From the NCBI GenBank assembly GCA_050290185.1, contig JBNKHE010000004.1, positions 210,589-274,588 on the forward strand: a DNA stretch of 64,000 nt. The letters are read 5' to 3'. A model generated the notes under the pieces. The model was given only the letters and a program-made list of their open reading frames with translations. It was not told the DNA's origin and did no database searches. Source of the stretch: Pontiella sp. (GTDB lineage: Bacteria > Verrucomicrobiota > Kiritimatiellia > Kiritimatiellales > Pontiellaceae). The position numbers were made by a program, and so were the translations under genes. Of the stretch, positions 37,496 to 44,949 are shown in pieces; position 1 is the first letter of the stretch; every line of letters starts with the position of its first letter.

Positions 37496-37641
37496 ATCCA
37501 ACCAGCGCGTGGACCTTACGCGGCCGCACGCGCAGCGCAGATAATTTATCGGAGATAAATAATGAGTGAAACGAGAGGCTCAAAACGCACAATCTATCGT
37601 GCCAAACGTTTATTTCGCGCAGGTCACACGTAGCGTTGGCT
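37496..37641 (+). repeat. attC site (146 nt, long type A)
   Basis: ATCCAAC CAGCGCGTGGACCTTACGCGG + module + AAAACGCACAATCTATCGTGCCAAACGTTTATTTCGCGCAGGTCACACGTAGC GTTGGCT. Confidence 0.88.
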
Positions 37642-37668
37642 TTCATAAAATCCTAAAAGGAGCAAGCA

Positions 37669-37923
37669 ATGGAAATTGAACAAATTATTATCACATTAGT
37701 TATAGGTGGTGTTGCGGGCTGGCTAGCTGGAATTCTCTTCAAGGGAGGGGGATTCGGCCTCGTTGGAAATATAATTGTAGGGTTGCTTGGAGCCGTGTTA
37801 GGAGGATGGTTATTTAGAGTTCTTAATATTTCAGTTGGTGGTGAATGGGTAGGCCCAATTGTTACATCGACGATAGGAGCAATCGTTCTCCTCTTTGCGA
37901 TAAGCTTCGTGAAAAGGAAATAG
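37669..37923 (+). CDS. cassette 6: GlsB/YeaQ/YmgE-family small membrane (stress) protein
   Basis: 84 aa. GGVAGWLAGILFKGGGFGLVGNIIVGLLGAVLGGWLF is the family's glycine-zipper pattern. RBS AAAAGGAG. Confidence 0.8.
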   Translation: MEIEQIIITLVIGGVAGWLAGILFKGGGFGLVGNIIVGLLGAVLGGWLFRVLNISVGGEWVGPIVTSTIGAIVLLFAISFVKRK

Positions 37924-38011
37924 CCAACCAGCGCCTGAACCTTACGCGGTAAAACGCACAATTTTCATGCCTAACGCATATGTCCCGCGCAGGTTACACG
38001 TAACGTTCGGT
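37922..38011 (+). repeat. attC site (90 nt, short type A); R'' overlaps the stop codon
   Basis: AGCCAAC CAGCGCCTGAACCTTACGCGGTAAAACGCACAATTTTCATGCCTAACGCATATGTCCCGCGCAGGTTACACGTAAC GTTCGGT. Confidence 0.85.
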
Positions 38012-38021
38012 AAAAACATAA

Positions 38022-38348
38022 ATGAAGCAACCCATATCAACCTCTGAAACTCGACCCAAACGGAATCGACTGTTGTTTATGTCCACACTAGTTGCTCTTA
38101 CTGGATTTTTTGGAATTCCTCTCACGTTCCAAATAATCGCCAAGGCAGACTTCTTCAGTATTCTTTTCTTTCTGCCATGCATTCCTCTGATGTTCAACCT
38201 AATCGGACTAGGCTTAGTTGCTTGCGATAAACTCAAGACAAAGGGACTCATTATTTACCTAATTCCATGCTTCATTCTATCATTTTTCGTAATAGCAGGC
38301 ACAGCCGGCATGCTCCACTTCTTTATTGTGTATGAATCAATGCCCTAG
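38022..38348 (+). CDS. cassette 7: small polytopic membrane protein (108 aa)
   Basis: Three or four hydrophobic helices and no recognisable domain. Followed by an attC. Confidence 0.55.
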   Translation: MKQPISTSETRPKRNRLLFMSTLVALTGFFGIPLTFQIIAKADFFSILFFLPCIPLMFNLIGLGLVACDKLKTKGLIIYLIPCFILSFFVIAGTAGMLHFFIVYESMP

Positions 38349-38381
38349 AAAGATGAACAAAACATCTCCAATAATAATGAA

Positions 38382-38476
38382 ACCGAACCAGGGCATGGAC
38401 CCGACAGAGTCCGGCAGTTAATTTAACGGCAAAGAACCACTCCCCCCATTTTTGCGGGTCACGCCTAACATTAGAC
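38382..38476 (+). repeat. attC site (95 nt, divergent; R' ATTAGAC)
   Basis: ACCGAAC CAGGGCATGGACCCGACAGAG...TTTTTGCGGGTCACGCCTAAC ATTAGAC. G-to-A change at the first R' position. Confidence 0.65.
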
Positions 38477-38484
38477 AAAAATAG

Positions 38485-39042
38485 ATGATTAATCTCCGTC
38501 CATTCCAATCCTCAGACATTTCCTGTTTTAATGAGTTCTCAGGGGATGATTGGACGGTTTTTAATTGGTTGGATGAGATCGGGCGGCCGATTATAAAGGA
38601 AAAGTTTTTGAAAGATCTAGAGAACCCTGAGTTGCATTCTTACATCGCGGTTGAATCGAACCAGCAAGAAGTCGTCGGGCATCTTCAAATAAAAGAAATG
38701 GAACCAGGAGTTGGTCGCTTTCACAGGTTTGTAGTAAGCAAAAAAGAGAAAAGAAGAAAAGGAATTGGAAGAGATATATTGTCCCAAGCGCTTAAAATCG
38801 CGTTCGAAGAATTTGAGTTCGACCTGATGACTCTGGGAGTTTTTGATATTAATACTCCAGCAATCAGTTTCTGCGAATCTATGGGCTTTCAACCACACTC
38901 CTCAAAGTTGATTGATTATCGCTTTAACGATAATCTCACCCACCCTTTGAATATGACGCTCCCGAAAGAAAATTGGGAGTCTAACAAGGCATGTGAGAGG
39001 AATGCCGAGATCGCTCCCGCTCCTCGCCATCTCTCCACTTGA
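38485..39042 (+). CDS. cassette 8: GNAT-family N-acetyltransferase
   Basis: 185 aa. Acetyl-CoA-binding pattern FVVSKKEKRRKGIGRDILSQAL. The last ~21 codons lie inside the following attC. Confidence 0.8.
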   Translation: MINLRPFQSSDISCFNEFSGDDWTVFNWLDEIGRPIIKEKFLKDLENPELHSYIAVESNQQEVVGHLQIKEMEPGVGRFHRFVVSKKEKRRKGIGRDILSQALKIAFEEFEFDLMTLGVFDINTPAISFCESMGFQPHSSKLIDYRFNDNLTHPLNMTLPKENWESNKACERNAEIAPAPRHLST

Positions 39043-39050
39043 CGTTGGGC
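38979..39050 (+). repeat. attC site (72 nt, divergent, perfect core sites) overlapping the GNAT 3' end
   Basis: GTCTAAC AAGGCATGTGAGAGGAATGCCGAGATCGCTCCCGCTCCTCGCCATCTCTCCACTTGAC GTTGGGC. Confidence 0.7.
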
Positions 39051-39061
39051 AAAGAAAAAAT

Positions 39062-39667
39062 ATGTACATACCTGATAGATTTAAGATGAATGACAGGGAG
39101 GTAGTTAATACCTTCATTCGTAAGCATAATTTCGGACTGCTTGTCACAACCGACGGAAAAACCATCGATGAGACCTTAACACCCTTCCTAATTTCAGAAA
39201 CCGAAGAGTGTCTGTACGGCCATATTGCACGGGCAAACCCGCAATGGACGAAATGGGATGACTCAACAATAGCCAAAGTGATGTTCACCGGCCCTCATTC
39301 TTATATTTCCCCAAAGTTTTATGAGTCTGAATTGAACGTACCGACGTGGAATTATACGGCGGTTTCAATCAGCGGAGAAATTAAGACCCAAAATAACAGG
39401 CCTGAAATTATTGAATTTCTAGATGCCTTGGTTACCCAACATGAAGCACCGGAAGCTCCATGGAATCTAGATAAAGATGATGAACGCTATATGAAGCTAC
39501 TCGACGGGATCGTTGTCTTCAGACTCCAAATTAAGGATGTCGAAGCATCGTATAAATTAAACCAAAATAAGAAAGTAGAGGATCAGTTGAGTGTTATAGC
39601 GGCTCTGGAAAGTTCAGATAATCCAATTGATAACGAAGTTGCTAAAATGATGAAGCAGAACATATAA
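39062..39667 (+). CDS. cassette 9: PaiB-family FMN-binding protein
   Basis: Start MYIPDRFKMNDREVVNTFIRKHNFGLLV (typical PaiB N-terminus), 201 aa. The track ORF's upstream extension runs through the attC. Confidence 0.8.
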   Translation: MYIPDRFKMNDREVVNTFIRKHNFGLLVTTDGKTIDETLTPFLISETEECLYGHIARANPQWTKWDDSTIAKVMFTGPHSYISPKFYESELNVPTWNYTAVSISGEIKTQNNRPEIIEFLDALVTQHEAPEAPWNLDKDDERYMKLLDGIVVFRLQIKDVEASYKLNQNKKVEDQLSVIAALESSDNPIDNEVAKMMKQNI

Positions 39668-39669
39668 TA

Positions 39670-39818
39670 GCTCAACCAGCGCGTGGAGCTTACGCAGCCG
39701 CACGCGTAGCGCAGATAATTTATCGGAGATAAATAACGAGTGAAACGAGCGGTTCAAAACGCACAATTTTCATGCCCACAACACAGAAGCCCCGCGCAGG
39801 TCACACGTAACGTTTCAG
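39670..39818 (+). repeat. attC site (149 nt, long type A)
   Basis: GCTCAAC CAGCGCGTGGAGCTTACGCAG + module + ...CCCCGCGCAGGTCACACGTAAC GTTTCAG. Confidence 0.88.
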
Positions 39819-39828
39819 GAGAGAAAAT

Positions 39829-40170
39829 ATGAACAAAATATGCATCTATGCTTCTTTGTTAATTCTACTGTTGAGCGGATGCACAACACCCGAAATACAA
39901 ATAGAGAAAGCTTCAGCTTTATCCCAAGAAAAAATCGAAATTATGAGAGAGCAAGTTCAGGAAGATTTACAGCAATATCAAATGCAGCAGATCAGAGCTG
40001 GTCTGCCACCCCTCCCCATTCCTCTGACCGAAGAAAACATTGCTCGCATTCAATCTGAACTAAAAGCACATACAGAAAAACCAGAGGTTTATGTTGAGGC
40101 AAAAACAACCCCTGAACTACAAAAAATGATACACGACTCCATCGTTCGTGGAATGCAGCAAGCAGATTAA
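39829..40170 (+). CDS. cassette 10: small lipoprotein (113 aa)
   Basis: Lipobox LLLLSGCT. RBS CAGGAGAGAAAAT-ATG, located directly after the R' box. Confidence 0.6.
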   Translation: MNKICIYASLLILLLSGCTTPEIQIEKASALSQEKIEIMREQVQEDLQQYQMQQIRAGLPPLPIPLTEENIARIQSELKAHTEKPEVYVEAKTTPELQKMIHDSIVRGMQQAD

Positions 40171-40176
40171 AAATTT

Positions 40177-40267
40177 TGCCAACCAGCGCGTGGACCTTAC
40201 GAGGTAAAACGCACAATCTGTCGTGCCAAACGTTTATGTCCCGCGCAGGTCACACGTAACGTTCTGA
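40177..40267 (+). repeat. attC site (91 nt, short type A)
   Basis: TGCCAAC CAGCGCGTGGACCTTACGAGGTAAAACGCACAATCTGTCGTGCCAAACGTTTATGTCCCGCGCAGGTCACACGTAAC GTTCTGA. Confidence 0.85.
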
Positions 40268-40466
40268 CATATATTATTGATTTTTTTACAGCATGTGTAT
40301 TTGCCTGATAATAACAGTTTTTCTTAGAAATAAACATAGTTTCGATTCGGGTTTTGCAGATACCAACTCAATAGCTTAGCGAGCACAATATTTGCATCAT
40401 AGACAGGCCAGCAAATATGTTTCCATTTAGGAAAATGCAGGTAAAACATTAGTATTAGGAGGTTTT

Positions 40467-41168
40467 GTGAAGAAATGTAAGTTCGTGGCGTTGTTGGCCT
40501 TCATGGCATTTGTGGGAATATCATCGGCTGATTTAGTAAGTATCACTGTCAGGGGGAAAGCTGACACAACTAAAATGGGATATTTATCTGGTCATAGTTA
40601 CAGCTTTACTTGGGTTCTCAATGATACATATACCGGCAGTCCTTGGGATGAATATTCTGCTTCTAAAAATCAATGGTATGTTCAAGAATCCATTTACCCG
40701 GCACTGTGGGACTCAGTTCACGGAAGCGGGTTATCTGGAACGTACGTCCGTCCCTCACCATGGAATGAGGACTACTTGTCTATAAATTCTCAACTTGATA
40801 CGGATCAAGTAAACTTAACCGCCGAAGCACCCGTTACCGACATCGGTCTTACCGTGAACGGCGTCAAAGTGGCATGGGTTGCGGCTATAAATCTTCGGTT
40901 TAGTGAATTTTCATTTCCGGAGACATTCTCTAACCCTGCAAATTATATGACAGGATATTTAGGGACATATACACCGAGTGATGGATTTATGCGCGTCGGA
41001 GACATAAATGGTAACAACATCTACTTTACTGCGACCAGTGTAGAAGTAGTTCCGGAGCCGTCGAGCGCGTTGCTGCTGGTGGTCGGTTCTGGCGGCATCC
41101 TGCTCTATCGCCGCACGAGGGAACGTCATCAAACCGAGATTCCCTCCCGCCGACATTTCTTCCAGTAG
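40467..41168 (+). CDS. cassette 11: PEP-CTERM-anchored secreted protein (233 aa)
   Basis: GTG start after TAGGAGG. Signal peptide. C-terminal VPEPSSALLLVVGSGGILLYRRTR is the PEP-CTERM sorting signal. Confidence 0.8.
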   Translation: MKKCKFVALLAFMAFVGISSADLVSITVRGKADTTKMGYLSGHSYSFTWVLNDTYTGSPWDEYSASKNQWYVQESIYPALWDSVHGSGLSGTYVRPSPWNEDYLSINSQLDTDQVNLTAEAPVTDIGLTVNGVKVAWVAAINLRFSEFSFPETFSNPANYMTGYLGTYTPSDGFMRVGDINGNNIYFTATSVEVVPEPSSALLLVVGSGGILLYRRTRERHQTEIPSRRHFFQ

Positions 41169-41452
41169 TTCATGGAGGGCTGATCTTGTATTGTCCTTAG
41201 GTCGTAATAGAGCCGTGGGGGTTATTATACATTGTCATGACGAGCAGGGATAACGTTTCAGAACCAGCCAAACCATAAAGATGTCCTCTATCTCCCCCAC
41301 TCCCTTCAATTCACACCTAGTAAAATCTACTAAATAATCACCAATGGTGTATTTGATGACTCACAAAGAAATTGACTAAACTAATTGTATTTTATGGGGA
41401 GTAATGACTCAAACTTGCTCGACCAAAGACGTTAGTCTGAAAAAACAAATGA

Positions 41453-41600
41453 ATCGAACCCGTGCGTGGACCTTACACGGCCTCACGCGCAGCGCAGATA
41501 ATTGATCGGAGATAAATAACGAGTGAAACGAGAGGCTCAAAACGCACAATCTATCGTACCAAACGCTTATTTCCCGCGCAGGTTAAACGTAACGTCCGAC
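41453..41600 (+). repeat. attC site (148 nt, long type A; R' GTCCGAC)
   Basis: ATCGAAC CCGTGCGTGGACCTTACACGG + module + ...CCCGCGCAGGTTAAACGTAAC GTCCGAC. Confidence 0.8.
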
Positions 41601-41667
41601 GAAAGAAAAATTTAAGAAACCTGCCTAATGCAGAGATTTGAAAACATTAAAATTATAAGGAGATAGA

Positions 41668-41883
41668 ATGAAAAAAATCGGCGGTACAATATTCTTTTTT
41701 GGAGCGGGATCCATAGTTCTATATTTTGTGCATATGGAATTTATCATCTTATCTTGGATTGACATGTGGGGCCCTTTAGTCGGTTGGATAATTCGAGGAG
41801 TGTTACTTGTGGTTGGTGGTGTTCTTTGGCTCATTGGAAGGCCTGATACGGAACAAAAACGACAGTCTGAATTTGCAGAATAA
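41668..41883 (+). CDS. cassette 12: small two-TM membrane protein (71 aa)
   Basis: RBS TAAGGAGATAGA-ATG. Two hydrophobic helices. Confidence 0.55.
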   Translation: MKKIGGTIFFFGAGSIVLYFVHMEFIILSWIDMWGPLVGWIIRGVLLVVGGVLWLIGRPDTEQKRQSEFAE

Positions 41884-41888
41884 TTTAT

Positions 41889-42036
41889 ATCGAACCAGCG
41901 CGTGGACCTTGCGCGGTCGCACGCGCTGCGCAGATAATTTATCTGCGATAAATAACGAATGAAATGAGAGGTTCAAACCGTACAATCTATCGTGCCAAAT
42001 GCTTATTTCCCACGCGGGTCACGCCAAACGTTAGGC
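41889..42036 (+). repeat. attC site (148 nt, long type A)
   Basis: ATCGAAC CAGCGCGTGGACCTTGCGCGG + module (ATCTGCGATAAATAACGAATGAAATGAGAGGTTC) + ...CCCACGCGGGTCACGCCAAAC GTTAGGC. Confidence 0.85.
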
Positions 42037-42107
42037 ACCTATAAAAAAGGAACAAAAATGAAAAACAGATCAAACGAATATCAGTCGCCCAAACTAGTAA
42101 AATCATT

Positions 42108-42329
42108 GTGATTTTATACGTAGTATTCAGCCTGCTGTATTCTCTAATCGGTATTCCAATGATTATCTTTGGTGGTTCTGAAATGAAGATAATGGGCTTC
42201 ATGTATCTCTTCATGCCAATTCTCGCAGGCATCTTTGGGTTTATCGGTTGCTGGGTTTACAACCTGGTTGCAGGGAAATTCGGTGGTGTTGAATTTGAAG
42301 TAAAAGACATTGGAGAAACAATGGCCTAA
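42108..42329 (+). CDS. cassette 13: small membrane protein; possibly the frameshifted 3' part of a ~90-aa gene beginning at 42058
   Basis: GTG-start ORF of 73 aa with two TM helices. A well-placed ATG (42058, RBS AAAAAGGAAC) opens a 17-codon ORF whose TGA overlaps this GTG (TTGTGA). Confidence 0.5.
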   Translation: MILYVVFSLLYSLIGIPMIIFGGSEMKIMGFMYLFMPILAGIFGFIGCWVYNLVAGKFGGVEFEVKDIGETMA

Positions 42330-42411
42330 CCAGGTCATTGACCCTACTTGGACAACGCCCGTTTTTGAAGGCAAAGTCTGAGTTCCAAGAAGGTCACACG
42401 TAACGTTCGAC
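42324..42411 (+). repeat. attC site (88 nt, type B); R'' overlaps the stop codon
   Basis: GCCTAAC CAGGTCATTGACCCTACTTGGACAACGCCC...AAGAAGGTCACACGTAAC GTTCGAC. Confidence 0.8.
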
Positions 42412-42426
42412 TGAGAGGAACATTAT

Positions 42427-43170
42427 ATGATCAAACCAAAAACATTCGTATCTTCAGTAATCCTAACCATGGTTGCGTTAATCTCTCAACATGCTGACGG
42501 ACAGGTATTGTTTGGCAGCACCAACGATGGTTCCGGCTCTGGAACTCATTCAGCAGGGCATTTAACCGGACATATAATCTACGTTTCTGAAGAAGCCATC
42601 CTCACCCATATCGGCATCATTTTTGATCAGCCTGGAGGAACGTGCAGAGCAGGAATATACGCAGACTCGGAAGACCAGCCCGGGAAATTACTTGGCGAGA
42701 TTCCTGCGCTTCGCATACGTGATCGCGGAGCTACGGAACTTCCCATTGCCGAACCACTGGTTTTATCCCCTGGTAACTACTGGGTTATGATTGCATGTAA
42801 CCGAGATACGAAGATTTCAAAGTCACAATCAGCTTCAACCAAGGTTTGTTATCGTCCCTTTGTCTTTGACGAAACCATGCCGGATCCCATAGGTATAACA
42901 ACTAATTATATGACGACCTCAACCGAAGACGTTTATCTCAAGTGCAACTATATTAAAGAAGACGTCTGCCCTTTCTCCTCGGCACCAGCAGGAGAGATTT
43001 ACTTCCCAACAATCAAAGGGAAAGTATATCAGGTTCAGTTTACAGAAGATATAGAATCACCCAACTGGCAACCTTTTGCACCTCCCTTTACGGCAACCGG
43101 AGCAAACACCAATATATTTTTCTCAACACGCAATACACCAAAACGGCGGTACCGGGTTATTGTAAAATAG
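42427..43170 (+). CDS. cassette 14: secreted protein (247 aa) with C-terminal '...W...RYRV' beta-sandwich-like tail
   Basis: Signal peptide SSVILTMVALISQHADG. Tail KGKVYQVQFTEDIESPNWQPF...KRRYRVIVK resembles the tail of the chromosomal gene at 63554. Confidence 0.6.
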   Translation: MIKPKTFVSSVILTMVALISQHADGQVLFGSTNDGSGSGTHSAGHLTGHIIYVSEEAILTHIGIIFDQPGGTCRAGIYADSEDQPGKLLGEIPALRIRDRGATELPIAEPLVLSPGNYWVMIACNRDTKISKSQSASTKVCYRPFVFDETMPDPIGITTNYMTTSTEDVYLKCNYIKEDVCPFSSAPAGEIYFPTIKGKVYQVQFTEDIESPNWQPFAPPFTATGANTNIFFSTRNTPKRRYRVIVK

Positions 43171-43175
43171 AATTA

Positions 43176-43311
43176 GTCGAACCAGCGTGTGGACCTTACG
43201 CGAGCGCAGATAATTTATCAGAGAAAAAACGAGTGAAGCGAGAGGCTCAAAACGCACTCTCCGTCGTGCCTGACGTTGATGGTCCCGCGCAGGTCACACC
43301 AGACGTTCGCT
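43176..43311 (+). repeat. attC site (136 nt, long type A with shortened left part of the module)
   Basis: GTCGAAC CAGCGTGTGGACCTTACGCGAGCGCAGATAATTTATCAGAGAAAAAACGAGTGAAGCGAGAGGCTC...CCCGCGCAGGTCACACCAGAC GTTCGCT. Confidence 0.8.
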
Positions 43312-43323
43312 AACAGGAATATT

Positions 43324-43986
43324 ATGATACAAAAATTAATCAAGAACACTCTGATCCCAACGCTGACCTTAATCGGATTAGCAGGATGCCAAGTTTACCA
43401 TCATGCCGAAATTTCTGGGAACGTAATTCACGACCCACAGCTAGGTTGGAATGGTTATACTGTGAATATTCCAGACGGTTACTACATTATACCAAAAAAG
43501 GTCGCAGCCGCATCAGCTGGCCCCCTTGAGCATCCGGTTAACTGGTTGGTGAAGGAACGCGATATTTACACGCTCTCTCTAGCACTCAATTTTGATGAGC
43601 GCTTTCTATTTAAGAGCGATGATGAGCAATCATACATTTTATTTGCTTCTGAGCGGCTCGATTTTATCAAGAGCCTCAATCAATTCTCAACCGTAATAAA
43701 AAAGAGAGTAATGTATAATATAAGGGACTACCAAAAGGTCCGGTTAAATGACAGCGATGCATTGTTCGAGCAAATGACCATCAACGGCATGATGGCCTGC
43801 CGCGTAAGCGGACGGCTACGGCCCTATTTCAAAAAGAATTATCCCACGATTTTTTATGAAGGTTATTTTTTCCTAGGCCACTTAAACGAAACTTTTTGGG
43901 TTGAGGGGATTTCATCGGCAAAAGGTCGAACTGAGCTGCAACGCGGAGTAAAAGAGATGGCGGAAAGCCTGATGAATCCATTATAA
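43324..43986 (+). CDS. cassette 15: lipoprotein (220 aa)
   Basis: Start MIQKLIKNT. Lipobox LTLIGLAGCQ. The track ORF's upstream extension crosses the attC. Confidence 0.6.
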   Translation: MIQKLIKNTLIPTLTLIGLAGCQVYHHAEISGNVIHDPQLGWNGYTVNIPDGYYIIPKKVAAASAGPLEHPVNWLVKERDIYTLSLALNFDERFLFKSDDEQSYILFASERLDFIKSLNQFSTVIKKRVMYNIRDYQKVRLNDSDALFEQMTINGMMACRVSGRLRPYFKKNYPTIFYEGYFFLGHLNETFWVEGISSAKGRTELQRGVKEMAESLMNPL

Positions 43987-43995
43987 TTCAAGATA

Positions 43996-44144
43996 AGCGA
44001 ATCAGCGCGTGGACCTTACGCGGGGCATACGCGCAGCGCAGATAATTTATCGGAGATAAATAACGAGTGAAACGAGAGGTTAAAAACGCATGATTTTCAT
44101 GCCAGACGTTTATGAGCAGCGTCGGGTCACACGTAGCGTTGGGA
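43996..44144 (+). repeat. attC site (149 nt, long type A; R'' AGCGAAT)
   Basis: AGCGAAT CAGCGCGTGGACCTTACGCGG + module + ...GCAGCGTCGGGTCACACGTAGC GTTGGGA. Confidence 0.8.
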
Positions 44145-44154
44145 GAATGTAAAC

Positions 44155-44949
44155 ATGAAAGTATATCATATTGATGCATTCACCGACGACCTGTTTAAGG
44201 GGAATCCTGCTGGAGTTATCATTCTGAACAATGACGACATCAGCGATGCTCTCAAACAGAGCATCGCAAGAGAATTGAAGCACTCAGAGACTGCGTTTGT
44301 CCTCATAAAAGAAGGACATGTAAATTTAAGGTGGTTTACACCGGAGCGGGAAGTTGACCTTTGTGGTCATGCAACCATTGCGTCAGCTCATATCTTATGG
44401 GAGTCTGGAGTATTTGATTCTCAGGAGAAAGTGGACTTCCAAACTAGATCAGGCACTCTTCGAGCTATTCACAATAGAGGGAAAATTGAATTGGATTTCC
44501 CTCAGCTGTTTGTAGATGAATGTGAGCAAAACATAATCCTAAACGAAGCTTTTAGGATAGAGCCAGTTTATACGGGAAAGAACTCCAAAAGATACCTGCT
44601 CCAAATAGAGAGTCCTGATGAGCTTAGAAAATTACAGCCTGATTTTGAGTTGCTGAAGAAAGCAGATCTTGGAGCATTCATGATAACCTGCAGATCAGAT
44701 CGACCGGGTTATGATTTTCTTTCGCGATTCTTTGCCCCATGTGTTGGAATTCATGAAGACCCGGTTACCGGATCTGCACATTGTTACCTTGCTCCATACT
44801 GGGGTAGGATTCTCAATAAAAAAACCATGGTTGGTTTTCAGGAATCAAGCCGTACAGGAATCGTTGAATGTGAGCTCCAGGAAAAACATAGATTAAAAAT
44901 ATCAGGACAAGCTAAAACTGTATTTGAAGCTGAAATGAATATCACCTAA
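44155..44949 (+). CDS. cassette 16: PhzF-family isomerase-like protein
   Basis: 264 aa. N-terminus MKVYHIDAFTDDLFKGNPAGVI and a DapF-like two-domain pattern (ETAF..., CGHATIA). Confidence 0.85.
   Translation: MKVYHIDAFTDDLFKGNPAGVIILNNDDISDALKQSIARELKHSETAFVLIKEGHVNLRWFTPEREVDLCGHATIASAHILWESGVFDSQEKVDFQTRSGTLRAIHNRGKIELDFPQLFVDECEQNIILNEAFRIEPVYTGKNSKRYLLQIESPDELRKLQPDFELLKKADLGAFMITCRSDRPGYDFLSRFFAPCVGIHEDPVTGSAHCYLAPYWGRILNKKTMVGFQESSRTGIVECELQEKHRLKISGQAKTVFEAEMNIT

Noticed and set aside
37446-37646. Minus-strand ORFs spanning attC sites with a recurring peptide ...RPRKVHALV... (37446-37646, 35576-35830, 39992-40216, 41803-41985, 43988-44179, 45434-45688).
   Set aside because: The shared peptide is just the translation of the conserved left arm (CCGCGTAAGGTCCACGCGCTGGTT). 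Starts, stops and frames differ between copies. The ORFs run into the 3' ends of the real cassette genes and have no RBS. They are artefacts of repeat conservation at the DNA level.
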